Source: a virus
Lineage: Duplodnaviria > Caudoviricetes
IMG/VR virus record: IMGVR_UViG_3300032318_001383
Location: 1-51,918 of that record
Direction: 5' to 3' (one strand)
DNA length: 51,918 nt
In this document: positions 33,753 through 43,807 of the stretch, one piece after another
Layout: every line of letters begins with the position of its first letter
Position numbering within the stretch: position 1 is the stretch's first letter
The notes under the pieces: model-generated
What the model was told of the DNA's origin: nothing
The model's database searches: none
What the model saw: the letters and a program-made list of their open reading frames with translations, nothing else
Position numbers and translations under genes: made by a program

Positions 33753-36700
33753 AACATCTGTCTACTATTGGACGACTGTGGGCCTGGTACGCCACCCGCC
33801 GGAGCTGGCGCCGGGCCACTGGGTGCTTGCCCTGGTTGGCCTTGTTGAATCACGCCCAAAGTACCTCTAGTTGGCGGGGCCGGAGGAAGGCTGCGAAGCA
33901 TTTGGCCCGCTCCTGCCGGGGGCAGTGATTGTGGTTGAGTTGCAGGATCTGGCGGAGCCTCTCCCGTAAAGGAAGCGTAGTTTAATCCAGTAGCACCGAG
34001 ATAGGCGTGCAGCTGACGGGAAAGCGCAAACTTATCCCCTTCTGTTTGGCCTCGACGAAGTAGTAGAGCCATGAACTGTGGGTCTTGTGTAGCCTTCTCG
34101 ATGATCCCACGCATAAACAACGTAGGCATCTTGTCGAAAATATCCCGCATGTACTTGGAACCGGCGCCTGCTGCAATCAGCGAGCCCGGTCCAGAGGGTG
34201 CAACAGCCGAACCAATCCTAGAACCGATCACGCGCAAGGCGAGTTCGGTGACAGCATCTGCTCCCTGGACTACGTCGTCCGTGAGCTGGTTGTTCTTCAT
34301 TGCAACTTCAATGCGCTCCATCGGCTGGATGAGGCGGCGAAGGTTCTTTGCTTCGGATAACGTAAGAACGTTTTGTGACCGAAGGATGTTGAAAATAGAA
34401 GGCTGGCCTGGAGAAATAGGCTGGAATAATGCCTTGTCAAACGCTGCAGGACTGAAGTTTGTCTCGCCACCGGCTTTGGTAAACGCATAGTCGTACAGGC
34501 TGGCTTTCAAACCCTCTACTGCGTCTGTGCCTCCAGTGCGTGCAAGCTTCACCATGTTGCTAAAGTTCTTGACAGGGTTACGGCTGTTTAGTGCGTCCGT
34601 AATAGCGGAGGTTGGGTTCTCAAACTTCAGTGCTTGAGCAAAGGCTGTCTGCTTCTCAAGGGTCTTGCGAATAGCGCTATTCTGTTGCTCAACCCCACGC
34701 AAGGCATTCTCTGCACGAACGGCATCAGACAGGTCGTTGGTCAGCCCCATGCGGTCGAGCATAGGTTTATTTTCGTTAACAAAAACCTGTAGACGACGTG
34801 GGTCAACACGGTTGGTCAACGGGTCGATGAACTTCGATGCGCCGAGCTGTAACACACGGGTCTGTGCGTCACGGATAGAAGCAACATTGCTAGTTGCAAT
34901 GTCTGCAAAAGGCTTGAGCTCCTGTGCTTGGCGGCTCCTTAAACCAAACTTGTTGACTGCGTTGTCGTACTGAGACTTCATCATTCCGACAGCGTCTTCG
35001 ATGTCTGCCATGCGAAGGGCCGTGGTGTCTGCTGCACTACCAAAGGCACGTTGTACCAGGATCTCTGGAGGCAAACGGTCTGCGCCTTTCTTGGTCACTG
35101 CTGCTACATCGTTGGCATATGTACGAGTAAAGTAGTCGTTTAGTGTGCGAGAAAAGTCACGGGCCTTGTCATAGGCGGCCGTCTTAAGTTTAGGGTCGCT
35201 TAGGTCTTTGAGTACGGCTTCTGCCATACGGCCGTAGAAGTTAGCGTTGGCCACTTCACCTTTAGAAGCGGAATCTCTTGCATATGCAAGAAGATCACTA
35301 CGGACTTTGATCAAGTCATCCACATCGGTTTGGGGGAATACGGAAACTCGCTTCTGGGTCCGTGGTCCGGCGGCCGTGGTTATGTATTGGTCAGGCACTA
35401 CGCCTGTCTCGATAAACTCAGGCGTCTGTTTGCCACGAGCATAAGTATTGATGGTGTCAGCAGTAACGCCATAACGTCCCATGATGGAACGTACAAACGT
35501 CGGCAGATCATTAAAACGCTCCGGCGTCATGTCGGTTGCAATCTTTAAAAACTCTTCGCCAGTTGCTTTTGGAGTTACTTTACGAAACTCAAACACTGTT
35601 TGACCATCGACGGTCTTGCGCTTCATGGAATCTTTCCATGCGTCCGTCCAAAGCTGACGCTCGTAGTCACGTGCGTCGCCAAGTGCTTTGGTTACGTTGT
35701 CCCGAACGATCTGGCCAATCTCAGCACGAGCCTGTGGGGTATCGCGTTTGATCTTGACAATGGATTGTGCTGCGTCTGCCTCGGCTAACGCTACGCGCCC
35801 ATCGATTAACTGGTTAAAGTAAGATTGGCGGAGCTCTGCTGCCTTACGGAAAGCATCGGGCGTTCCGATGTCGCTTAAGCGCTCAATCAAAAGTTCGTAA
35901 GCACGGATTGAATCAAGGCCCTGCTTTTGAATTGCAGCGCCATATCTAGCATTACCGCGCGCAAGGGTTGTCTCAAGGACGCCTAGAACCGGGGAGCCGG
36001 TCTTCTGTGCCGCTGTCGGGCCGACCTCTTTGCTGACCAAGGCACCGGGAAGAGGTTTTTCCAACTCCCGAATTAAAGCAGGAACATCTTCACCGGCTTC
36101 GTTCAAAATAGTCAGAAGACGATTGGCGGCCCTGTTCTCACGGGCGGTGTTGGACGTGCTACGAACAAGAGTTCCTGCAAAATCAGCAACTGAACCAGAA
36201 GCGTTAATAATGAAACGTCCTGGGGCAAAGAAACCGCCGGCCGCTTCAGAAACAAAACGTGTTCCCTTCTCACCAGGAGCATAGGCTTCAGACAAACCAC
36301 CACCGACGCCAGCTCCTGCACCTGCCACTACTTCAGACGTTACGAATGTCTTTGGATACTTACGAGCTGCCTCGCCAATGCCAGAAACAAAACGAGCCAC
36401 ACGGTTGGCAGTCATTTGTGGGATGCCAAAGGCAGCCGGTGCAAACGCAATAGACTCACCAAAAGTCTTTCCACCCTCACGATAAGGCGCTAAGTCCTGA
36501 CGATCTACACCAGGAAACAGATTGTCAATACCCTGAGAAGCGATAAAACCTGTGGTCAGTCCAACACCTGTTCCGATAATCGGACCTGCTGGTGCAAATG
36601 GGCCGAGAAATGGAGCGGCCGCCATGCCCAAACGAAATCCAGTCAACCCGCCTCCAAGAACTGCAGAGCCCTTTGCTGCACCTTCAGCAGTTCCAATTGC

Positions 36701-36847
36701 TGCTTCGGTTGCCTTTTCTCCTATAGTAGGAGCGGTTGTTCCTGATAGAGCTGCTAGGTCTGCTGCGGCAGAGCCGGGTTCTGGAGTGCGTAAACTTCCT
36801 GCCGGGGCAGAAAGTTCTTCGATTGGATTAACTCTCTTTTCGGCCAT
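33707..36847 (-). CDS. Large internal virion / DNA-ejection protein
   Basis: 1046 aa; Gly/Ala-rich hydrophobic N-terminal segments and a helical body; last gene of the ejection cluster. Confidence 0.6.
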   Translation of the reverse strand: MAEKRVNPIEELSAPAGSLRTPEPGSAAADLAALSGTTAPTIGEKATEAAIGTAEGAAKGSAVLGGGLTGFRLGMAAAPFLGPFAPAGPIIGTGVGLTTGFIASQGIDNLFPGVDRQDLAPYREGGKTFGESIAFAPAAFGIPQMTANRVARFVSGIGEAARKYPKTFVTSEVVAGAGAGVGGGLSEAYAPGEKGTRFVSEAAGGFFAPGRFIINASGSVADFAGTLVRSTSNTARENRAANRLLTILNEAGEDVPALIRELEKPLPGALVSKEVGPTAAQKTGSPVLGVLETTLARGNARYGAAIQKQGLDSIRAYELLIERLSDIGTPDAFRKAAELRQSYFNQLIDGRVALAEADAAQSIVKIKRDTPQARAEIGQIVRDNVTKALGDARDYERQLWTDAWKDSMKRKTVDGQTVFEFRKVTPKATGEEFLKIATDMTPERFNDLPTFVRSIMGRYGVTADTINTYARGKQTPEFIETGVVPDQYITTAAGPRTQKRVSVFPQTDVDDLIKVRSDLLAYARDSASKGEVANANFYGRMAEAVLKDLSDPKLKTAAYDKARDFSRTLNDYFTRTYANDVAAVTKKGADRLPPEILVQRAFGSAADTTALRMADIEDAVGMMKSQYDNAVNKFGLRSRQAQELKPFADIATSNVASIRDAQTRVLQLGASKFIDPLTNRVDPRRLQVFVNENKPMLDRMGLTNDLSDAVRAENALRGVEQQNSAIRKTLEKQTAFAQALKFENPTSAITDALNSRNPVKNFSNMVKLARTGGTDAVEGLKASLYDYAFTKAGGETNFSPAAFDKALFQPISPGQPSIFNILRSQNVLTLSEAKNLRRLIQPMERIEVAMKNNQLTDDVVQGADAVTELALRVIGSRIGSAVAPSGPGSLIAAGAGSKYMRDIFDKMPTLFMRGIIEKATQDPQFMALLLRRGQTEGDKFALSRQLHAYLGATGLNYASFTGEAPPDPATQPQSLPPAGAGQMLRSLPPAPPTRGTLGVIQQGQPGQAPSGPAPAPAGGVPGPQSSNSRQMFQSLFPMDIVSSLPS

Positions 36848-38760
36848 TATTGTCTAACCCTTGGTTCGGTTCCGTTCCACAAGAAAGGTGTGCCAGAAGG
36901 CAGTGCTCGTACATCCTCAATATTGTAGATCCGAATAGGCACGCCAAGAACGCCACGGAAGCTGGCAATAGACTGAGCTGCCGAACGATAGGCGCGACGA
37001 GTATCTACCGGCAATTGATCATTGTACCCTTCGCGCTCGGCTTCGGTCTGCTTTTTGGCCAAGAAGTCGTCAATACCGACAATACGGTTACGCAATCCCT
37101 CTGCATCATCAAAGAAGCGCGGTCCAATGTCTACCTCTGCTTCAATTGCCTTACGCTCACCCTCTGCATAGCGAGGATTGTTTTGCAGGTTTTTAATCAG
37201 ATCGCGGACAGCGGCATTTACAAAGTTGCGCTTTTGCTGCATCTCAGGGGCAATGCCACCAAGTCCAGGGATACGAGCTGCAGTAGTGGCTGCTTTTGGA
37301 ATAGGACCAGCAATATCAGGAGCCGATTCCCAAACGGTAAGCGGACGAACCTGGCCTTTGGCCGGAACTCCACCAGCTGTAGGAATTAATCCTGCTCCTT
37401 GGTCCGTGGTCGGTGCTTCTGTGGCCACTCCGGTCGTAGCAGGCACCACGGCACCCGTAGTAGTGGGCGCTCCTTGAGATGCTCCTGGGGGTGTCGCTGC
37501 TCCCGGAGCCACTTTAGACAGGTTTCTGCGGCCAGAGATTGCGTCTTTTGCAAACTGAGGCAGCTCAGGCACTCTTTCAACCCAGTTACCTGTCACCGGA
37601 TCTTGATATCGGTCTTTTTGCTGATACTCGGTAACTGATGCTTCAAATTTACGATCCAAATCAGGTGACAGAGTACCTGCAGCGTATTGAGGAGCCAGCT
37701 GATAAATTGTTGTTAGTGCAACACCCTTGACGCTCTTTCCAAATCCTAAATCACCTGAGCTCTTGGCAATGTCAGAATAAATTCTGCGCTTTGAGTCGAT
37801 AAGTTTTGTGTTTGCGTCGCGGATGTTGGCAATGTCTTTTTCTGCAGCCTGCAGTGCAGCAAGGCTTACAGCGCGCTCTTGCTTTTCCATCTCCGCTGCG
37901 CGAGCACCGATTCTTGCCGGCACGCCACGGAATGCACCCATCAGGCGTGCAGCCTGCGAGCCTCTCATGGGACGGCCTTGCTCATCTACGTTTGCGCCGT
38001 ATTGAAAAGCGCCTTGAGCAATGTCAAACAAGATCTGAGCTTGTGTCAAATCCTTTGTGTCGCCAATCAGTTGTTGATAGATTGGCTTTCTTAGCGCGAC
38101 CTGGGCCGAGAGGCTTGGCTCTGTAGCCGGGCGCTGTGCTAAGAAGTTAAGAATCTCAGACTGTGCCTGAGAGACTAGTTCCGGGGAATAGAATCTCTGG
38201 GCCTGTGTCCCCGCTGGCGTTACGCCATCTTCATCAGACCCTTCTTGAAAACGCTGGACGATTCCCCCATTGGCCATGTTCAACGGCGCGCCTTCTATTG
38301 GAGGTGCCATCTCTGCTTGTGGGAGTGCCCCAATACCGCCAACAGCCTCCGGAGGCATGGGAGGCATACCAGCAGGCATCGGAGCACCCGTTGGAGCCGC
38401 AGGCATTGCACCTTGCTGTGCAAGCACGGGCTGCAGTAAGGCAAGAACCTCATCGGGAGTCTCGGCTGCCGCACGATAACCGACCAGGTCGGCTAACTCT
38501 TCTTTACGTGCATCGACCGAACGCATATCCCCGCGCAGGTTGTTCATCAAAATCTCTGGCGAAGAAGGCGTACGGTCCATCATCTTGGCCATGTCGTCGT
38601 CTTCGCTGTCTTCTTGTTCATCCTCAATGCCCATTACAGACAGCATTTCAGCCGGCATGTCTTCTTCCATGTCCTTAAAGCCGGACATAATTCCAACGTT
38701 CTCAGGGTCTAGATCCTCGCCCTTTCTAAACATGGACCTTTCCATTACTTTGGATTTCAT
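36847..38760 (-). CDS. Internal virion / ejection protein
   Basis: 637 aa, low-complexity linkers, MANGG motif. Confidence 0.55.
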   Translation of the reverse strand: MKSKVMERSMFRKGEDLDPENVGIMSGFKDMEEDMPAEMLSVMGIEDEQEDSEDDDMAKMMDRTPSSPEILMNNLRGDMRSVDARKEELADLVGYRAAAETPDEVLALLQPVLAQQGAMPAAPTGAPMPAGMPPMPPEAVGGIGALPQAEMAPPIEGAPLNMANGGIVQRFQEGSDEDGVTPAGTQAQRFYSPELVSQAQSEILNFLAQRPATEPSLSAQVALRKPIYQQLIGDTKDLTQAQILFDIAQGAFQYGANVDEQGRPMRGSQAARLMGAFRGVPARIGARAAEMEKQERAVSLAALQAAEKDIANIRDANTKLIDSKRRIYSDIAKSSGDLGFGKSVKGVALTTIYQLAPQYAAGTLSPDLDRKFEASVTEYQQKDRYQDPVTGNWVERVPELPQFAKDAISGRRNLSKVAPGAATPPGASQGAPTTTGAVVPATTGVATEAPTTDQGAGLIPTAGGVPAKGQVRPLTVWESAPDIAGPIPKAATTAARIPGLGGIAPEMQQKRNFVNAAVRDLIKNLQNNPRYAEGERKAIEAEVDIGPRFFDDAEGLRNRIVGIDDFLAKKQTEAEREGYNDQLPVDTRRAYRSAAQSIASFRGVLGVPIRIYNIEDVRALPSGTPFLWNGTEPRVRQ

Positions 38761-38769
38761 ACCAACTCC

Positions 38770-39654
38770 TTAAAATAGTCCGGCTTTTTTGGCGCCGGTG
38801 GCTGCGGACAACGCGCCGACTCCTAGTCCAACCGCCTGCTGCAAAGGACTTGCCTGTGGGGCCGTCTGTGCAGTCAGTGCAATCTGTGTGCCTGGGGCAC
38901 CTTTGTAAATGTCTGACAAGAAGGACAACTGCTGATAGGGCGTCAATGCAGACTGCAGCTGTGTTGCTCGCTGCGCCTCGAGTTGCTGCTGTGCCAGGGC
39001 CTGCTCTTGTTGGCCAAGAGTAGACAACGTCTGCACGTCTTGTAGGCCAAACTGCTGGGCGCTTTGCCCCAAAGCAGCCTGTTGTACGCCTAACTGGCCG
39101 TAGAGTTGCCCTGCCTGTTGCGCTCTTTGCTGCTGGGTGGAAAACAAGTTCTGTGCCTGTGCGTAATTTTGCGCAAGATCTTGAGCAATTCGCTGGCTCA
39201 TAACGTCTTGCAGGCCGCGCTCGAGCTCTGCTCGCTGGACGCCTTCACGCGTTCCACCAAACGCCCCTGCGCGAACAGCCTGTGCGGCAGTGCCTTGACG
39301 GGCAATGTCTGCCTGGCGCTGCATCTGCGCAAGCGCCTGCTGAGTGACAAGCTCTTGGTAAGGGTTTTGGAACTGCTGTAATTGGGCCGTGGTCGGCGCT
39401 CCAAAAGACTGGCCGATTGCACCAATGCCTGCCTCTAACGCTTTTTGACCGGCTTGCAGGTAAGGCTGATATCCACCGATGCCCTGTTCCGCAAGTTGAG
39501 CCGCCTGCTTTTGCAGGTCGGTCATGCCGCTTACTTGATAAGCAGGCAGCGGAAGCTGTTGCTCAGAAAGCTTTTTTGCAGACTCTAAGAGGCCTAGCTT
39601 GTAGGCCTCAATTTGTGGCGCTTCGCGGACTATCTGTTCGGTGACTTCAGCCAT
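38770..39654 (-). CDS. Internal virion / DNA pilot-like protein
   Basis: Gln/Ala-rich; NPYQELV...AGAFGGTR motif; hydrophobic GLGVGAL C-terminus. Confidence 0.65.
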   Translation of the reverse strand: MAEVTEQIVREAPQIEAYKLGLLESAKKLSEQQLPLPAYQVSGMTDLQKQAAQLAEQGIGGYQPYLQAGQKALEAGIGAIGQSFGAPTTAQLQQFQNPYQELVTQQALAQMQRQADIARQGTAAQAVRAGAFGGTREGVQRAELERGLQDVMSQRIAQDLAQNYAQAQNLFSTQQQRAQQAGQLYGQLGVQQAALGQSAQQFGLQDVQTLSTLGQQEQALAQQQLEAQRATQLQSALTPYQQLSFLSDIYKGAPGTQIALTAQTAPQASPLQQAVGLGVGALSAATGAKKAGLF

Positions 39655-39656
39655 TA

Positions 39657-41960
39657 TTATTTCCCTTCAAGCGCTTTCATCAGCGCATACATACGCTTGG
39701 CACCCAAGCGCCGTGAGCCTTTGCCCATGCCGCGAACTGCTTTAGCGGTGAATACAAACTCACCGTCAGACAGCATCGCTGGGATGGAGTCAGAGGTTCC
39801 GGTACCGGGACCATCTATCTGTCCGTTCTTACGGGGGAAATTGCTAGGGCCGCCCTTTGCAAGAGAAGCGATACCGCCATCAGCAAAGCCATAACGATAC
39901 TGTGGCTGGCCAAAGGCAATTTGTGGCCGATAGTACTGACGACTAGCTAAACCGTATCCCATATAACCTGGATTGTAATACTGTGTTGCAGCGCCACCAG
40001 GAGTGGTGCCGTAAATCTGAGGGTTGCTGGCGAGCAACTGAGCACCGCTTTGCGACCCATACAACCGGTTAGCGTTGTCAGGTGGTGGCTCTTCTTTTGG
40101 GCTAAACCCACCAGCCATGCCAAGAGCGGCAACACCTGCCGCAGCAGCCGGGCCGTAGGTACGAAGCATGCTCGGGTTTAAATCAGAAGAAGCCATGTTT
40201 AGGGCCTCTTTAGGAGTAAATCCAGCCTTGAGGTAGTTTTGATACTGGGGGCTTTGGATTAGTTCTACGTTACTGTAGCTGGCCGGCATAAAGGCCTGCT
40301 TTGCAGCATCGTAATACTGGCCCTCGCTAAGATATCCCATGACGGAAGGAGCCCTGGCGTAAGGGTTCACACCCTCTACAGCGCCTTGAGCACTTCCTAA
40401 GTCCATTCCTGCATAGGAAGGACCAGCCATTGTTCCTTGAGCACTGCTCAAGTCCATGCCTGCGTAAGAAGGACCTGTTGCCCCTTGAGCGCTACTTAGA
40501 TCCATTCCTGCATACGACGGTCCTGTTGCTCCCTGAGCGCTACTTAGATCCATGCCAGCGTAGGATGGGCCCATCGCTCCTTGAGCACTACTCAAGTCCA
40601 TCCCAGCGTAAGACGGGCCACCTAGCGTTCCTTGGGCACTGCTTAGGTCCATACCTAAATAAGAAGGGGCTGGGGCTGGGGCGGGGCCAAGACCCAAGGT
40701 CCCAGCGTCGGTTACAACAGGGCTTTGTACTGCCGCCACATCAAACCCTTGACCAATGCCGCTAGGAGGAGCCTGAATAGCTTGTTGGCCAATAGTTAGG
40801 TCTGTTGTGGGAGTGGTAGCCAACTCTGCCGTAGTAGGGACTGTTGGGGGGTTAATAACATTCCCTGCAGCAGCGTCAATAGAATCTACTGATGTGCCTA
40901 ATTGTTCGGCAGAAATGGAGGTACCAGCAGTTGAAGGCGTTGAAATGCCAAGAAGAGACTTGCCACTATTTACTGCCCTGTCCCACTGGCCAGATATTGT
41001 GGTTGGGCCACCGTAAGAACCCGCCTCAAAGGCACCCATTCCTCCAGTTATTCCTGCCGTAACTCCTGCAGTTAATCCGCCGATTGCACCAGACTTTAAA
41101 GAGTCTTTAAGGTTTTGCCCAGCCAAAATGCTGGAACCAAAGCCACCAACAAAGCCGCCGACAGCGGCCACGCCGGCTGCTGAAGTGACCCCTAAAAAGC
41201 TTGCCGCTGCTGGACCTAAGAAAAAGCCCAAAGCGACAGTCGTAATAATCTTGCCTACTGAAGACTTAGCGAAGTCTTTAACCGCGTTACCTACACTTTT
41301 AAGCGCTTTACCAACTGCTTTGAATGGTGCAGTAACAGCTTTTGTAACGGATTTCCAAAATCCATATTCACGTAAACCCGTACGTGGGTTGATTGTTCCA
41401 ATACCCCCCATCATCTGAAGCATTCTTGCTTCTTGAGGATTGATGTGGGCCAGTATGGTGTCCTGACCACGGCCCATATTCTGCATAGCCGCTGCAATCG
41501 GGCGAAGGTTAGCAATTCCGCCCATGGCAAAAGACTGTACGGGCTGCCCACCGGCTTCTGCCTCAATCTGATCCAAAGCTACCCGTAGGGCGCCAAAGAA
41601 CATCGGGTCAAACTGCTCAGGCAAAAGGTCTTCTGGAAACTCGTCTGCCAACAGGTCTTGGCGGATTGCGTCATAGTTTTGCGGATCGCGCAAGATAACT
41701 TCGACAATTTGTTGCAAAGCATCAATAATCTCCTGAGGGAGACGTAGCCCTGATAGGGCCTGACGCAGTTGCCGAACTGCGGCTGGGTCAACCTGTTCCG
41801 CTGCCGTCAAGATCTCGGAGCTGAACTCCTTGGGAGATATCTGACCGCGCATTTGTTCAAATGCAGCCGAGGCAGCCGGGTCAAACATTTGGGCCGGTGG
41901 CTGTGCTGTGGGGCCTTGCATGCCTCCCATCGGGAGTGCCATGATTCCTTGGTCTTCCAT
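39657..41960 (-). CDS. Internal virion / ejection protein with TM segments and tandem repeats
   Basis: GRGQDTILAHINPQEA..L...GG.GTINPRTGL, Gly-rich TM region, six 16-17 aa repeats, and C-terminal GPGTGTSDSIPAMLSDGEFVFTAKAV. Confidence 0.65.
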   Translation of the reverse strand: MEDQGIMALPMGGMQGPTAQPPAQMFDPAASAAFEQMRGQISPKEFSSEILTAAEQVDPAAVRQLRQALSGLRLPQEIIDALQQIVEVILRDPQNYDAIRQDLLADEFPEDLLPEQFDPMFFGALRVALDQIEAEAGGQPVQSFAMGGIANLRPIAAAMQNMGRGQDTILAHINPQEARMLQMMGGIGTINPRTGLREYGFWKSVTKAVTAPFKAVGKALKSVGNAVKDFAKSSVGKIITTVALGFFLGPAAASFLGVTSAAGVAAVGGFVGGFGSSILAGQNLKDSLKSGAIGGLTAGVTAGITGGMGAFEAGSYGGPTTISGQWDRAVNSGKSLLGISTPSTAGTSISAEQLGTSVDSIDAAAGNVINPPTVPTTAELATTPTTDLTIGQQAIQAPPSGIGQGFDVAAVQSPVVTDAGTLGLGPAPAPAPSYLGMDLSSAQGTLGGPSYAGMDLSSAQGAMGPSYAGMDLSSAQGATGPSYAGMDLSSAQGATGPSYAGMDLSSAQGTMAGPSYAGMDLGSAQGAVEGVNPYARAPSVMGYLSEGQYYDAAKQAFMPASYSNVELIQSPQYQNYLKAGFTPKEALNMASSDLNPSMLRTYGPAAAAGVAALGMAGGFSPKEEPPPDNANRLYGSQSGAQLLASNPQIYGTTPGGAATQYYNPGYMGYGLASRQYYRPQIAFGQPQYRYGFADGGIASLAKGGPSNFPRKNGQIDGPGTGTSDSIPAMLSDGEFVFTAKAVRGMGKGSRRLGAKRMYALMKALEGK
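40381..40667 (-). repeat. Six in-frame tandem repeats (GPSYAGMDLSSAQGA, 48-51 nt)
   Basis: Visible in both protein and DNA; synonymous sites differ between copies. Confidence 0.9.
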
Positions 41961-42048
41961 TTTTATCCTTTCCAGTTTGTGCCAATAGCCGCATAGGGCC
42001 GCGCGTCGGGAAAGGACGCGGATATGGCAGGTATTATCACGTATTTCA

Positions 42049-42381
42049 TTAGTTTCTGTCTACTTCCAAATAGCTTAAATAAAAGGTTACTGAGGCCACA
42101 GAAGAGGTGACCTTTAACAGATTTCCAGCCTCCAGGACGCACGGAATCCCACAGAAAACGTCAATCGTCGTATTGACCGGGACGGACTTCCCACGCAATA
42201 AATAGTGGGTAGTACCCCCACTAGTGTTGTATTGGGTGACGGTCACGGTTGCCCCGGCTGACCCAGCATTTGTGACACGCAAGGACCGGATAATTCCAGT
42301 ATTAGCCGCTGGGACGGTATAAATAGTCGTCTCGGTAGCTGCCGCCGGGATTAGGACTTGGTGAAAATATTTATTAGCCAT
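42049..42381 (-). CDS. Small beta-rich virion protein
   Basis: Likely start MANKYF at 42381; TTIYTVPA...SLRVTN...VLEAGNLLKV...SYLE. Confidence 0.65.
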   Translation of the reverse strand: MANKYFHQVLIPAAATETTIYTVPAANTGIIRSLRVTNAGSAGATVTVTQYNTSGGTTHYLLRGKSVPVNTTIDVFCGIPCVLEAGNLLKVTSSVASVTFYLSYLEVDRN

Positions 42382-42385
42382 GGCG

Positions 42386-43807
42386 TTATTGGGTGAGATC
42401 CCAGAAGGCAATCGTGCCGTAGCAGTCGCCTTGGGGAGTTGCAGAATCTACAGTTCGGATTCCAAGGGTCAAAATGTCGCTAACCCCAGCTAAAGAAGTG
42501 CCTAACTGAAGCGCCCAGTTATAGCCAGCGGGGTCAACCAAGGGCTGAATACCGCCCGAGCCGCTTGACGACACATAGTCTGTTTGCACCAAAGTACCGC
42601 CTGACATGGCGGTTGCAGAAGTATCCATTTCTACATTGGCATCAGACGAAACAGCCGCCCAAGATGCGCCAGTCAAAGTGGTGTTAAAAAATAACCCCAC
42701 TTCATAACTTTGGCTTGTAATAGGAATAACCTGCATCCGTCCCGGAATAATCACCGATCCAAGTGCTGTAGAGGCCATTCGTATTGACACAATTGGCTTG
42801 AACGTTAGTTGTATATTGCTTAGTTTGGTTGTGCGACGCGCCAAGTGGCTGGGTGAGTACTGTTCATACCCGCCTTCAGAAATGACCGTAGAGCATATCT
42901 GCTTCATACTAGCCGTTGTGGCATTTGACAGATTTTTGATTTCATAACGCACCGGCAAAATAGCGGTGGTCATATAGGTCGTGCTTTTATCGTTGGCGTT
43001 ATCAAACGTATGGCAGACGATGTATTGTCCATTAATCACAAAGCCAGTACGCACCGACCCAACCCCAAGCCACTCAAAGTCCATCCATAGAATCTGCGTT
43101 TTACTCACATCAAGAGTAATCCCAGACGCCCCTGTGCCATCCAATTTATCGCCGTTCCAGTTGGCTTGGGTTACGGTGCGAACATCGCTTGGCGTTCCGG
43201 GTGTGGGGATTGAATCTGAGCGCAGTACCATCGAAAGTGTGGTGCCGTCTACCTGAAAGAATACGCCGTTCTGGGTATTGAAGTACCCCACACGCTGACG
43301 GATGTTGGCTGTAGGCGTGTTCATAGCGAATGTGGCTAGCATCAAAAGCCCTTTTCCGGGCTGATAAGACATTGAGCGGAAAGTCTGCCGCACCGCTTCT
43401 GAATTCGTGGTGCTGTCCACCGACATCTGCACCGCAGATTCATTAGTCAAGAAAGTAGTTGATGCTCCGTTAACCGTGCTGGTGTCAAACTGATTGTCGG
43501 GAGCGTAGCGTTGCTGGCTATCAAAAAGAGTGTAAGGCTGAGAGACCCGTAAACGACCAAACGCATCAGTGTTGGTGCCACCTATCGATATCGGAACTGT
43601 TGATCCTGAGTTCATTTCACACTGCCCTCCGTTTGCTTCGAACCAAGATAATGCTCCAAGTGTGTTTTCAGAAGTAATCGGAGTATAGGTTGTGTTAAGT
43701 TGAAGAATAATTTGCTCAAGAGACCGCACAAGTTGGTTAAACTTTTGTGGGTCATAGACAGCGGTAGATGAGGTATCCGGTAAGCGAACATTGGTTATTT
43801 TGCTCAT
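42386..43807 (-). CDS. Virion/tail structural protein
   Basis: 473 aa; TDAFGRLRVSQPYTLFD, YQPGKG, WNGDKLDGTG.SG, WLGVGSVR; Thr/Ser-rich. Confidence 0.65.
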   Translation of the reverse strand: MSKITNVRLPDTSSTAVYDPQKFNQLVRSLEQIILQLNTTYTPITSENTLGALSWFEANGGQCEMNSGSTVPISIGGTNTDAFGRLRVSQPYTLFDSQQRYAPDNQFDTSTVNGASTTFLTNESAVQMSVDSTTNSEAVRQTFRSMSYQPGKGLLMLATFAMNTPTANIRQRVGYFNTQNGVFFQVDGTTLSMVLRSDSIPTPGTPSDVRTVTQANWNGDKLDGTGASGITLDVSKTQILWMDFEWLGVGSVRTGFVINGQYIVCHTFDNANDKSTTYMTTAILPVRYEIKNLSNATTASMKQICSTVISEGGYEQYSPSHLARRTTKLSNIQLTFKPIVSIRMASTALGSVIIPGRMQVIPITSQSYEVGLFFNTTLTGASWAAVSSDANVEMDTSATAMSGGTLVQTDYVSSSGSGGIQPLVDPAGYNWALQLGTSLAGVSDILTLGIRTVDSATPQGDCYGTIAFWDLTQ

